The notes beneath the pieces were generated by a model. That model saw nothing but the letters and a program-made list of their open reading frames with translations, was not told the DNA's origin and made no database searches. Shown here one piece after another: positions 29,282 to 38,876 of a stretch of 64,000 bases of DNA (the first letter of the stretch is position 1; each line of letters opens with the position of its first letter). The translations under genes and the position numbers were made by a program. Source of the stretch: Candidatus Thorarchaeota archaeon (GTDB taxonomy: Archaea > Asgardarchaeota > Thorarchaeia > Thorarchaeales > Thorarchaeaceae); NCBI GenBank assembly GCA_019057475.1, contig DXJO01000038.1, forward strand, positions 59,725 through 123,724. Reading direction: 5' to 3'.

Positions 29282-29806
29282 TCACGTTCGGTCCTTCTCT
29301 TTCCTTTTTCTCTCAGCTATTTCACGAATAAGCTGCTTCACTGCACTCTGTTCTCCATGAATCACCACAAGTTTCGGTGACTCCTCCTTCATAGTGAGTC
29401 CTTGGTGCGTCGCAGTTTCTCTCAGCTCGTCAATGGTCACTGTATCGCCAATCTCAACTCGAATCCAATAGTCGCCCCTAGGTATTCCCGCTGGAAACCC
29501 TCTCTTTGCATCCACAGGCTCTGGTTTGCTGTGCCTGGCTTTGCCTATCTTCTGAAGCCAGTCATTGGAATATTCCTTACCAACCTCCTTCTCGGCCAGG
29601 TTGAGTAGTTCTGACTCCAAATCAACGAGATAAGCCTCGATTGTCGTAATTGTATCCTCATAGGTCGGATCGGCATCGTATATTGCAATGGTCGCGCGCG
29701 TAGAACGAAGTTTCTTTGCTATGTGGTCTGGAATGCTCACCCCCTTGGCTTTCAGCGCAGGCACAAGCTCTTCAAGGACTTTCCAGACAGCAGAATAATT
29801 CTCCAT
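29282..29806 (-). CDS. DUF2096-like protein
   Basis: W.VL.EL...L..KG..IP...L...R; LES.L..LA...G.EY...WL; F..G.PRGD.W.RV. Confidence 0.7.
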   Translation of the reverse strand: MENYSAVWKVLEELVPALKAKGVSIPDHIAKKLRSTRATIAIYDADPTYEDTITTIEAYLVDLESELLNLAEKEVGKEYSNDWLQKIGKARHSKPEPVDAKRGFPAGIPRGDYWIRVEIGDTVTIDELRETATHQGLTMKEESPKLVVIHGEQSAVKQLIREIAERKRKEKDRT

Positions 29807-29845
29807 CCTTCTTCAGCTCCATGCTTTCCTCACAGACTGACCAAC

Positions 29846-30778
29846 TCACGCCGCCTGCGCCATTGCGGTCAGGAACCCTTCGGGTTTCACCTTTAGCCCA
29901 TCCAAAGCCAGTTCTTCAGCCGGTATTCCCATTGCCAGACCTAGTAGCTGAGTGAAATGTAGTACTGGTATGTTGTAGGTTTCGTCAAACATCTTCTCAG
30001 CGGAGGACTGATATTGATCATACATCAAGTGACAACTGGGACATATGGTAGTCATTGCGTCAGCTTGGGCATTTTTGACGTTGCGGAATTTGTCTGCGAT
30101 TAAATTCAAAGGTAAATCAAGATTGACACCTGCTATCACTGCACCACAGCATTCCTTCTCGTCTGCATACCTCACAGGCTCAGCACCCAGCAGTGCAATG
30201 AACTCTCGAAGGAATTCGGGGTCCTCAAAGTCGTCAAATTCTAGATACTTGGAGGGCATCAAGAGGTGACAACCATAATGGGCGGCTATTCTCATACCGC
30301 TGAGAGGGCGCTTGATGTAGGTCTTGAGTTTCTCAAATCCAATGTCTTCGACAAGGACTCTAAGCAGATGCTTGACTTCTATGGTTCCCTGGAACTTTGC
30401 ACGAATGGTCTTGAGGTATCTGTTGACGCGCTCTCTACTCCCTCTGTTTCCCTTCAGATGTTTATTCGTCTTCATTAGCTGTCCTGTACAACCAGAACAG
30501 AGTGTGAGTATGTCTAGACCTTTCTTCTCTGCGATGGCTAGGTTTCGCGCAGACAGAGCAAGAGTCATCTCGTGGTTGACTGCATCAATCGGAAGGCCGC
30601 AGCAATTGGCTCCCTTCATCTCCACGAGTTTTACTCCAAGCTCTTTCAGGACTCTCCTTGCAGATATCTCGTAGGCACGCTCACGTAAGGGGGTCGCACA
30701 GCCCAGATAGAATGCATATTTTAAAACAGCGTCCTTCTTCGGCTCTGAATTTCCCGCGCTCTCTGACTTGCCACTCAT
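29846..30778 (-). CDS. hdrB: Heterodisulfide reductase subunit B
   Basis: YAFYLGC, NCCG, TLCSGC, HYGCH, ECCG, CPSCH (two CCG domains). Confidence 0.94.
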   Translation of the reverse strand: MSGKSESAGNSEPKKDAVLKYAFYLGCATPLRERAYEISARRVLKELGVKLVEMKGANCCGLPIDAVNHEMTLALSARNLAIAEKKGLDILTLCSGCTGQLMKTNKHLKGNRGSRERVNRYLKTIRAKFQGTIEVKHLLRVLVEDIGFEKLKTYIKRPLSGMRIAAHYGCHLLMPSKYLEFDDFEDPEFLREFIALLGAEPVRYADEKECCGAVIAGVNLDLPLNLIADKFRNVKNAQADAMTTICPSCHLMYDQYQSSAEKMFDETYNIPVLHFTQLLGLAMGIPAEELALDGLKVKPEGFLTAMAQAA

Positions 30779-31329
30779 TCTTTGTCCTCCTTCTCGGCGA
30801 TTGTTTCATGAAATCCTGTGGCTTTAGCCAGCTTTTCCATGTGTGCTGGCGGTGTTTCGGAAAGTGGCGGGAGTCCTATCGCTATTCTCTTTTTCATCTT
30901 AAATTTCGAGATTTTATGCGCATAGCCAGCGTTTAGGATGTTCTTCCCGACTTCTCTATAGACCCTCGGTATGTAGCCCTTTTTCACTGCCAGATTCTGG
31001 AACACGCGAAGCACATCCTTGACTTCTACCCCCTGGGGGCAATGATCGGTACATGTGTAGCAGGCGGCACACAACCATAGTGTATCGCTGGATAGAAGCC
31101 TCTCCTCAAGTCCCAGTTGGGCCAGCCGTATTGCTGTACGAGGGCGGTACGAGTCTGTGATGTCAGCTATCGGGCAGCAGGAAGTACAGGTCCCACATTG
31201 GAAGCAGTACTTGAGGGTTTCTCCACCAGGCATGCTCAACACCTCATGCTTGAACTCTGGATCGACCCTTGAGGGTGTCTGCAGTTTCACTCCTTCAGAT
31301 TCTACAGCATTATCGGTCATATCATCCAC
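30775..31329 (-). CDS. hdrC: Heterodisulfide reductase subunit C
   Basis: CFQCGTCTSCCP, LWLCAACYTCTDHCPQGV. Confidence 0.94.
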   Translation of the reverse strand: MDDMTDNAVESEGVKLQTPSRVDPEFKHEVLSMPGGETLKYCFQCGTCTSCCPIADITDSYRPRTAIRLAQLGLEERLLSSDTLWLCAACYTCTDHCPQGVEVKDVLRVFQNLAVKKGYIPRVYREVGKNILNAGYAHKISKFKMKKRIAIGLPPLSETPPAHMEKLAKATGFHETIAEKEDKE

Positions 31330-31486
31330 TCGCTTCCGCTTCGTGAGTCAGAGAATGCATTGCTCTCGGAGCCAAGATGCAAGTATTAACGTTTGCGAAG
31401 TGTGAGCTTCAACTCTGAAAAAAAAATAGTGGCATATGGAGCCCCGAATGGAGCTCTTATCTGCCTGTGATGCAACTAGTGGCGGT

Positions 31487-31930
31487 CTACCTGTGAATGA
31501 TTTCTAGGTTCTCAATTATCTTTACACAGCTGCCTTCAAGACACTGCCCAATCGGGCACGTGTTGACCGCAATCTCGAAGAGTCTCTGAACCTTCTTGTC
31601 AGCCACACCTTCCGGCACGGTCACCTTCGTGTTGATGTAGATGTCGGTGAAGGAGCTTAGTTGAGTTTCCCCATTGGTTTCATAGGTGCCTGTGATATCA
31701 GACGTCAGGTCTAGGACCTCAATTCGACCCTTGCCACACGCAATCTCGAAAATGATGTTGACACAGGAACCGATGGATGCAAGGAACAACTTGTGAGGGG
31801 TTGTTGTTCCGGGGTGGTTCGTCAGATTCGGTGGTGCACACACAGCGGCGCTCTGGTAGCCGCCAAGTGTGATGTGATGAATCTCAGGAACTGAGGTTCT
31901 TTCCAGTTTAGCTTTGAACATCTTTACCAT
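31487..31930 (-). CDS. OsmC/Ohr-family protein
   Basis: TTPHKLFLASIGSC ... A.NTCPI. Confidence 0.8.
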   Translation of the reverse strand: MVKMFKAKLERTSVPEIHHITLGGYQSAAVCAPPNLTNHPGTTTPHKLFLASIGSCVNIIFEIACGKGRIEVLDLTSDITGTYETNGETQLSSFTDIYINTKVTVPEGVADKKVQRLFEIAVNTCPIGQCLEGSCVKIIENLEIIHR

Positions 31931-32091
31931 TGCATTTCCACTCTGTCAGATAAAACTGGCGGCAAGTGGTGTCACATTGACGCCTCGTTACCTGTTGGCC
32001 CAATTCCTTTGCCATTTAAACTTGCAGTTACCACCCAAATACCCAATGAACGGCCATATTCTGTAACCAATTGGCTCCATTGAGTTTCCAT

Positions 32092-33423
32092 TCACTGTTC
32101 TACGTCATCAAAGGTAGCAACTCGCATGGTCGCAGGTTTCTTCTCGATGTCAGCCTTCGCAGCTCCAATCAGCAGTTTTACCTTCTTGCTGTTCGCCACG
32201 TCAACTAGGCGTTGCGTAACAACACCATCGAAAATCACGGCATCAACGGAGTCCTGTGACTCCAATGTCCTGGCTAAGTCAGCAACCCCGCATTCAACTA
32301 GGACTTTCTGATCGCTGCCAAACAGAACAGCTTTGAACGATTCCTTGACATCGGTCACCGCCTTAATGTAAGCCGCATCTACATTCTCAGTCGACAGTCT
32401 GGGTGTTCTACCTCTTCTCGGTGTTTCAGCACGTTTAGTCGTAGTTCTCTTAGGCGCCCGAGCGTGCATAGTCCGAGTTTTATCCGGCGTCCTAGTGCGT
32501 GTGATTCTAGTCCTCCCGGTCTTTCGAAACGCCTCCTCTCTCCTGGGCTGGCGTCTTATCTTTGCAGGTGCCTTTACCTTTCGACTACTAACAAGAGCCA
32601 AAGCTTGGTCCGCCGGTATCCTAGTCTGCAAAGCCTTAGTCACTTGACGACGTGAGAGTTCTTCGACCTCCTTTCCCTCAGGAGCCCTTGCGATGTAGTC
32701 TACATTAGCTACTTGCATTAGCTCACGAAGGATTAGATCCCCACCACGGTCCCCATCGAGGAACGCGATTGTTGTCATTCCTCTCTTCTTTGTCAAGTCG
32801 ATGACTGTTTTGGGCACACGTGTTCCCTCAACGGCGATTGTGTTGTTGATTCCCATCTTCATCAGGTTGATTATATCCGCTCTGCCCTCAACAATGATAA
32901 TCTCCTTGCTGCCAGCAAGTTCTGGACCTGCTGGAAGCTTATCCAGCCCATACTTGGCGACGTTCCTCTTGCTGGCCTTCGTGACAGCAGACGTTATCTC
33001 ATCCGACCCGGGGGCTATGTCCTCTTCCCATCCTTTGAGTATGCTAATTGCCCGGCTTACAACCTTTCTACGCTTGGCACCTCGGATATCCTCAAGCTTC
33101 AACAATGTAACCTTGGCCACACAAGGGCCTACCCGATCGACGGTTTCTAGGGACGCTGCCAAGATTGCTGTGGCTGTCTTATTGAGTGATACTGGAATCA
33201 CTACTTCGCCTTTACTCTTGCCGCCTTGGGATCTGATGACAATCTGAATTCTTCCAATTCTACCTGTTCGCTGAAGTTCTCTTAGGTCAAGATCCTCTCC
33301 AAGAAGTCCCTCTGTCTGTCCGAATACTGCCCCAACGACATCCGGCTTGTCGACTACCCCATCTATTTCGATCTTTGCTCTAATGACATATTTTGCCGTA
33401 GAGCTATCGAAGTCTGTACCCAT
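32092..33423 (-). CDS. dnaG: Archaeal DnaG (exosome-associated, TOPRIM)
   Basis: KYVIRAKIEIDGVVDKPDVVGAVFGQTEGLLG, IIVEGRADI, FLDGDRGG, FDGVVTQRL. Confidence 0.96.
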   Translation of the reverse strand: MGTDFDSSTAKYVIRAKIEIDGVVDKPDVVGAVFGQTEGLLGEDLDLRELQRTGRIGRIQIVIRSQGGKSKGEVVIPVSLNKTATAILAASLETVDRVGPCVAKVTLLKLEDIRGAKRRKVVSRAISILKGWEEDIAPGSDEITSAVTKASKRNVAKYGLDKLPAGPELAGSKEIIIVEGRADIINLMKMGINNTIAVEGTRVPKTVIDLTKKRGMTTIAFLDGDRGGDLILRELMQVANVDYIARAPEGKEVEELSRRQVTKALQTRIPADQALALVSSRKVKAPAKIRRQPRREEAFRKTGRTRITRTRTPDKTRTMHARAPKRTTTKRAETPRRGRTPRLSTENVDAAYIKAVTDVKESFKAVLFGSDQKVLVECGVADLARTLESQDSVDAVIFDGVVTQRLVDVANSKKVKLLIGAAKADIEKKPATMRVATFDDVEQ

Positions 33424-33890
33424 CTATTTTCTACTCCTATTGTCTTCTCATATGATACTGCCATGTGTACGCCTCCGACTGACCGAGTCTCCGCCTAGAT
33501 GGCTCGTCACAGCCTATGCTATCTCTTCACATTCCGTTTGGAATGAACTACCAACTACCGCGGCAATGATTCATGACATTTGTGAAATGATGATTGTGAT
33601 ATGATAATCCCGTGAATGATGATGGTCCTTAGACCAGCGTAATGGTTTCTTACGGCTCGCTCTTGAGCCAGAGGAACCACATGGCATTTGTAATATGATG
33701 ATTTTATGATATGCAAAGTTTCACTGGAACATGTCCAGCAGTACTCTACACATAAAAAAAGGGAATGTATCTATTTGAAGCTGTCGCTGTTAACATATGG
33801 TCTTGCAATTCAAAAGCTTCCGCTTCGCCAATCGATTGCAGTTCGCGCCAATTAGCAATGCTAATAACAATCCATGTTTAGGTTCTCAAG

Positions 33891-34140
33891 TCCGGATTTA
33901 ACACGCCCGGCCGCGAGGGCGCACTGAGATTTGCTCGATGATGTGTTGCGCAAAGGCTGGGAAACAGTCTGGATTCAGCCTGTTGAATACCATTTGGACG
34001 AGCCACAACGGACTCGTATGATAGGGATGTAAATCCTCAGATGAATCATGGGTCACCCTGGTTTCGTACATTGACAGGCCGGTCAGTGCCATAATGTCCC
34101 GGCACGAGACAGCTCAGTGGAGCCGGAGGTAACCTCTGAC
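33891..34140. ncRNA. Candidate structured non-coding RNA of unknown family
   Basis: Long-range helix CACTGAG/CTCAGTG enclosing several hairpins, including GGAT-GTAA-ATCC; no convincing ORF. Confidence 0.45.
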
Positions 34141-34194
34141 GCTGTGATACTGGGAGTTAGTGTGATGGGACACAGGCATTGACCACCATCGTAG

Positions 34195-34869
34195 TTAGAC
34201 TTCTACAGACTCGCCGGGCTTGACAATCTCAACCTTTACTTCTGGAACTTGCTTGTTCACAAGACGCTTGAACTCCGCAGGGTCTGCCTGGATGACCGGG
34301 AAGGTGTCGTAGTGCATCGGAATCACAACGCGTGGCTTGATTAGCTCAGTAGCCGCGGCGGCCTGGTGGACATCCATAACATAGTATGATCCAATAGGCG
34401 CAAAGAATACGTCGGGTTCATAGAGCTGTCCGAACAGCTTCATACTGGCAAACACACTAGTATCCCCTGGATGATAGAAAGTGCCACTGGGAAATCTGAC
34501 GATGAAACCAGTAGGCGCTCCCACTCCACATGAATGAAACGCCTGCACCAGTGTCACGATTACACCATCAATATCCACACTACCGCCAATGTTCAGAGTG
34601 TGAACGTTCTTGGCACCCCCCTGCTCTCGTGCTTGGATTGCCAGCTCGTTTATTGCTACGAAGTAGGCTCTGGTCTTCTTGCAGATCTCGAGCGCTTCTG
34701 AATAGCCATGGTCCCCGTGATCATGAGTGACAAGCACAATGTCCGCTTTATCTACATCTTTGACCTTCATCGGTGAGGTTGGACCATTCAACCAAGGGTC
34801 AACATATACAGTCTTGCCATCTGCTTCAACCTTGAATGAAGCGTGACCGAGATATGTAATCTTCATCAT
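34195..34869 (-). CDS. Metallo-beta-lactamase-fold hydrolase (UPF0173)
   Basis: ITYLGHASF, VDPW, THDHGDH, YHPGDT, IPMHY. Confidence 0.92.
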   Translation of the reverse strand: MMKITYLGHASFKVEADGKTVYVDPWLNGPTSPMKVKDVDKADIVLVTHDHGDHGYSEALEICKKTRAYFVAINELAIQAREQGGAKNVHTLNIGGSVDIDGVIVTLVQAFHSCGVGAPTGFIVRFPSGTFYHPGDTSVFASMKLFGQLYEPDVFFAPIGSYYVMDVHQAAAATELIKPRVVIPMHYDTFPVIQADPAEFKRLVNKQVPEVKVEIVKPGESVEV

Positions 34870-35026
34870 ATCATTCCCTGAATTATTCTAGGTCCATACT
34901 TGAGCAGTTTCTTACTTCAATGCTTTGGCTTGTTCGATACGTTGCGCAAGTGTTGATGGCGTGCGTCATTTGCGGCCATCAAGCAGCTTTAAGACCGCGC
35001 CTGAGGCCGGCTGCATGATTATTCAC

Positions 35027-35923
35027 ATGACAATTCGTCCGACTCCAGATTTCATTAAGGCTGGAGCTATTGCCGCAAGGGTTCTGAGTGAAGTCGTTAA
35101 AGAAGTCCGACCGGGTGTGAAGGTCATTAGGATTTGCCAGCTGGCTGAACATAAGATAGCAGAGTATGGGGGCAAACCAGCCTTTCCCTGCAATGTTTCG
35201 ATAGATGATGAGGCTGCTCATTACACCAGTCCCCATGGGGACAAGAAGGTGTTTCCGGACAAAGGGCTCGTCAAGGTGGACCTAGGGGCGCACGTGAATG
35301 GTCATCTATCTGATACAGCAATAACAGTAGACCTAGATGGATCTTACGAGAAATTTGTCACAGCAGCCAAAAATGCTCTTGAGAGGGCAATCGAGGTGAT
35401 TGAACCTGGTGTGAAGCTTGGAGAGGTAGGCGCAGTCATCGAGAGAGAGATAAAGAAACATGGTCTACGTCCGGTCCACCAACTCTCAGGACATCAACTG
35501 AAGCCTTGGATGCTTCACGCAGGAAAAACTGTGCCAAATGTTGGCATGCGAAGAAGCGAGAGGATGAACCTTGGCGAAACCTTCGCAATCGAACCCTTCT
35601 CCACCGACGGCAATGGAACAGTCAAGGGCAGTAAGGATGCATACATCTTTTCGAATATCATGTCCAGCAAGAAGAAGCTGGACCGCCTGTCTGCACAGAT
35701 TTGTACCATAGCTCGGCGCAAATTCGGAACACTACCCTGGGCAGTAAGATGGCTAAACGACAAAAAGATAGACGTCACAGCAGCTCTTCACTCCCTCCTA
35801 AAGGCTGGTGTCATCAGAGCCTATCCTGTCCTGCTCGAAGGCAAGAGCGGCATGGTCGCCCAGTTCGAACACACGATTTTTGTCGCGGAGGAAGGGGCGA
35901 TTGTTACAACTCTGCCCAATTGA
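35027..35923 (+). CDS. map: Methionine aminopeptidase type II, paralog 1
   Basis: AFPCN, AAHYT, KVDLG...DTA, GHQL, AIEPF, QFEHT. Confidence 0.93.
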   Translation: MTIRPTPDFIKAGAIAARVLSEVVKEVRPGVKVIRICQLAEHKIAEYGGKPAFPCNVSIDDEAAHYTSPHGDKKVFPDKGLVKVDLGAHVNGHLSDTAITVDLDGSYEKFVTAAKNALERAIEVIEPGVKLGEVGAVIEREIKKHGLRPVHQLSGHQLKPWMLHAGKTVPNVGMRRSERMNLGETFAIEPFSTDGNGTVKGSKDAYIFSNIMSSKKKLDRLSAQICTIARRKFGTLPWAVRWLNDKKIDVTAALHSLLKAGVIRAYPVLLEGKSGMVAQFEHTIFVAEEGAIVTTLPN

Positions 35924-35988
35924 CAGTAGATAGCGTGTTCAAAGAACTTCTTAAGAGCGCGACACGAACCACTTCTGCGTGCACATCA

Positions 35989-36888
35989 ATGAATGCAAGA
36001 CCTAGTCCTGCTCAAGTGAAGGCGGGCAAGATCGCAGCCAGGGTCCTTCAAGAAGCCTGTCATGAGGTGAAGCCGGGGGCTTTGGTCCGCACAATCTGCA
36101 GCACTGCAGAGAAGAAGATAATCAAATATGGCGGCAGCCCTGCCTTCCCATGTAATATTTGCATAGACCAGATCGCTGCACACTACACATCACCCAAAGA
36201 TGATCGGGTCAAAATCCCTGATTCTGGTCTAGTGAAGGTTGACATCGGCGTGCACGTCGATGGATACATCGCCGATACTGCACGAACTCTCGATGTAGAC
36301 GGCACTTTGGAGGGTTTCGTGGCAGCAACAGAGGACGCACTGGAAGAGGCAATCAATCTACTCAAACCCGGACTACCCCTTGGAGATGTGGGCAAGCTGA
36401 TTGAGAAAATAATCAAGGCATATGGCCTCCGTCCTATCAAGAACCTCTCTGGCCACAGTCTGAAGCGGTACAGACTACATGCAGGGAAGACAATACCAAA
36501 TGTCAAACGGCGAGGGACTGAGAAAGTGGAGATTGGCGACTGCTATGCCATTGAGCCTTTCGCTACAAATGGGACCGGTACTGTGATAGACAGTGATTAT
36601 GTCTACATATTCGCAAATACGGGTATTGACGACCCCCTTGAGGGGTTGACAGAGAAGCTTAGGCTGCATCTCCGAGAGCGCTACGGCCCGTTTCCTTTTG
36701 CATCACGCTGGATAGGAACTGCTGGCACGCAGCTTGACATAGGTGATGGACTCAAGGATCTGCTGAAGACCAAAGCAATCCAGGGCTATCCTGTGCAGGT
36801 TGAGAAGAAGGGTCGCCTAGTAGCCCAGTCTGAACACACCGTCTTCATTTCAAGTGAAGGCCCGATGATACTGACCAAACCAGATTAG
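35989..36888 (+). CDS. map: Methionine aminopeptidase type II, paralog 2
   Basis: AFPCN, AAHYT, KVDIG...DTA, GHSL, AIEPF, QSEHT; ATG at 35989. Confidence 0.93.
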   Translation: MNARPSPAQVKAGKIAARVLQEACHEVKPGALVRTICSTAEKKIIKYGGSPAFPCNICIDQIAAHYTSPKDDRVKIPDSGLVKVDIGVHVDGYIADTARTLDVDGTLEGFVAATEDALEEAINLLKPGLPLGDVGKLIEKIIKAYGLRPIKNLSGHSLKRYRLHAGKTIPNVKRRGTEKVEIGDCYAIEPFATNGTGTVIDSDYVYIFANTGIDDPLEGLTEKLRLHLRERYGPFPFASRWIGTAGTQLDIGDGLKDLLKTKAIQGYPVQVEKKGRLVAQSEHTVFISSEGPMILTKPD

Positions 36889-37247
36889 AACCTGTCCTTC
36901 TCCGGCTCTTCTCTGACGACATAAACGCCCTCTATAGTCATCTTTCCACTACACTTGGGGCAGTTCGCCTCCAAGGGCTTGAGAATATAATCGCCTTTCT
37001 CGTAATCACGTATCTCCTTGAAGTCGCACCCGTTACACCTGATCTCAGTGACTGTCGGAAGTGTTGGTTTTACTTCCTTCTTTTTTCGGCCTGCAGTTAG
37101 CAGGCTGAATCCTACTGACATTACTACAAGGCCAACGATGAATAGAATGAACGATAGGCTTCCCGCATTAGGGTCCATCCCGTAGGTCAGAATCAGAGCA
37201 CCACCGGCTGTCAAGACCACGCCAAGTATCTTAGAAATAGTTCCCAT
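36885..37247 (-). CDS. Two-TM membrane protein with C-terminal Zn ribbon
   Basis: Two TM helices then CNGC...GDYI...CPKC. Confidence 0.75.
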   Translation of the reverse strand: MGTISKILGVVLTAGGALILTYGMDPNAGSLSFILFIVGLVVMSVGFSLLTAGRKKKEVKPTLPTVTEIRCNGCDFKEIRDYEKGDYILKPLEANCPKCSGKMTIEGVYVVREEPEKDRF

Positions 37248-37256
37248 GTAAACACC

Positions 37257-38375
37257 TCAGAGGCCTATGCCAATTGTATTCCCAATGCCTGCAAGGATAA
37301 TCTTGTCGCCTGGCTTGGTTCTCTTTGCAATCGCAATCTTGATTCGCTCGATGACCTCAGGCACAGAATCAAGTACTCGTTTGTCCATTACTCCAACAGC
37401 TGCGGCTTCATCTTCCTTTATCACTATTGCCTCGATGCCAATTCCGTACTCGGTTGCAGCCTGTTCAATTGCATATTTCTCCGGCCCTAGGTCGCCGATT
37501 GCCGCTCCAGTTCCCTCTGAAACACGACCCATCTCCTCGCCCTCAAGCTTGAGAGCCGCATCCACTGTGATTATTCGAGCTATCTTTCCCTTGTTGTCTG
37601 CAACAATCTTCTTCACTGCAAAGCCGGGCTTGCCCACCGTTCCGCCCGGACCAGTTGCTCTCAAGGCATAGACGGTGCGTCCCTCAACTTTAATGGGGTA
37701 GTAGCCCACCTCTTTGGTGACCTCGTGAACATAGGTTTCAGGAGTTGCATCATATTCCCTCGCTAGCTTGGTGACGACAAGTGGGCCGATGCCGTCCCCA
37801 ATTGGTTTTCCTTGAGCGAATGCTTCCATTGCGTCGGAGTATGCTTTGGCAAGACGCAGTAGCTCCGGCATTATCATCTGAACCTGCATTACCATAATTG
37901 TACTGCCAGTCTTCTTGCCAAGCAGATAGAAGTGACGGACAATCCGGAAGATTAGACTCAGTACTTGGGTCACTTCCAGAGTGTTCTCGAGATTCATTCT
38001 TTCACTGTTACTGGCATCTGGAGTTAGATCAGTGACGAACTCTTGGAAGCGGTCTCTGCGTTGATCAAGAAGGTGGTCTAGACGCTTCAAGATTCCTGCT
38101 GGGTCCAAATCCACTGGCATGATTGTAAAATAGTCCAGCCATCGGTCAATTTCCTTGGCGACTTCCTCCTCTTCTGTGCCATGCTCTTTGAATACATCAA
38201 TGGCAGATTGCCTAGACTCGATTGCCATGCGCTTTAGCTCTATCAGACCAGCTTCAATCTGCTTGAGCCATTGCCACATCTGTATTTTCGTCCCATAAAG
38301 GCTCATTGTAATGATGAAGGCAAAGAATACGAGGTTGAGTATCCAGCTATAATCGCCTTCCAGATTGATTTGCAT
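37257..38375 (-). CDS. DUF1512-family protein
   Basis: PVDLDPAGI, PIGDGIGPLV, GPGGTVGKPG, ITVDAALKLEGE, GIGNTIGIG. Confidence 0.85.
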   Translation of the reverse strand: MQINLEGDYSWILNLVFFAFIITMSLYGTKIQMWQWLKQIEAGLIELKRMAIESRQSAIDVFKEHGTEEEEVAKEIDRWLDYFTIMPVDLDPAGILKRLDHLLDQRRDRFQEFVTDLTPDASNSERMNLENTLEVTQVLSLIFRIVRHFYLLGKKTGSTIMVMQVQMIMPELLRLAKAYSDAMEAFAQGKPIGDGIGPLVVTKLAREYDATPETYVHEVTKEVGYYPIKVEGRTVYALRATGPGGTVGKPGFAVKKIVADNKGKIARIITVDAALKLEGEEMGRVSEGTGAAIGDLGPEKYAIEQAATEYGIGIEAIVIKEDEAAAVGVMDKRVLDSVPEVIERIKIAIAKRTKPGDKIILAGIGNTIGIGL

Positions 38376-38518
38376 GCTCGGTCTGACTAAGAGTTGTCCT
38401 TTAATCCTTGTGAACGATGCAAGATAACGGGTAATGTGCAGGACCAGTCAGATTGTTCCCTCGACGATATCGAACTGTGAATAAAGGAATTATTGAAGTG
38501 ATTAGAAAAGGGAAAAAT

Positions 38519-38636
38519 GTGCCAGCTCAAGGGCTTGTCACGGGCTCGCGCACCGCACATTTCCCTTGACGGACATCGGGCTTAACTTCTGAGATCGGAA
38601 CGAGATCAGGTGAACCCCGACGCCTTTGGCCGGCAT
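38519..38636 (-). rRNA. rrf: 5S rRNA (stand-alone)
   Basis: Reverse complement TGCCGGCCAAAGGCGTCGGGGTTCACCTGATCTCGTTCCGATCTCAGAAGTTAAGCCCGA...GCTGGCA; conserved CCGA..CAGAAGTTAAGC core and terminal helix. Confidence 0.93.
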
Positions 38637-38765
38637 CGTCCTCTGTCCGGTTACATTGTGTTTTAAACCTTACCTTGCGTCAGCTATGGGCGCCTTGAGG
38701 ATTCCAACCACCACAGTCATGGAACAACTGGATCTGGAATTTGAACTGGAAAAGGAACCTATGGA

Positions 38766-38876
38766 TGGTGGGGCGAGTGGGATTCGAACCCACGATCGAC
38801 GAGTGACTCTTCGTTATGACCCCTTAGTTTCATAAGATCTGGAGCCCGTCGCCATACCGGGCTAGGCCACCGCCCC
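38766..38876 (-). tRNA. tRNA-Trp(CCA) with 34-nt intron at 37/38 (38805-38838)
   Basis: GGGGCGG/TCGCCCC acceptor, ACGGG-CTCCAG[intron]A-CTCGT, GTGGG-TTCGAAT-CCCAC, CCA. Confidence 0.93.

Noticed and set aside
33580-33710. Box C/D sRNAs suggested by ATGATGA motifs
   Set aside because: No CTGA box D at the expected ~50-nt distance.
33891-34190. RNase P RNA or SRP RNA assignment for the structured region
   Set aside because: The conserved CR-I/CR-V and helix-8 motifs are not recognisable on either strand; left unassigned.
38626-38835. Track ORFs overlapping RNA genes (also 49138-49335, 58660-58923, 59572-59970)
   Set aside because: They overlap clear 5S rRNA or tRNA genes and are spurious.
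38805-38838. Box C/D guide within the tRNA-Trp intron, as in Euryarchaeota
   Set aside because: The intron is only 34 nt and lacks C/D boxes.
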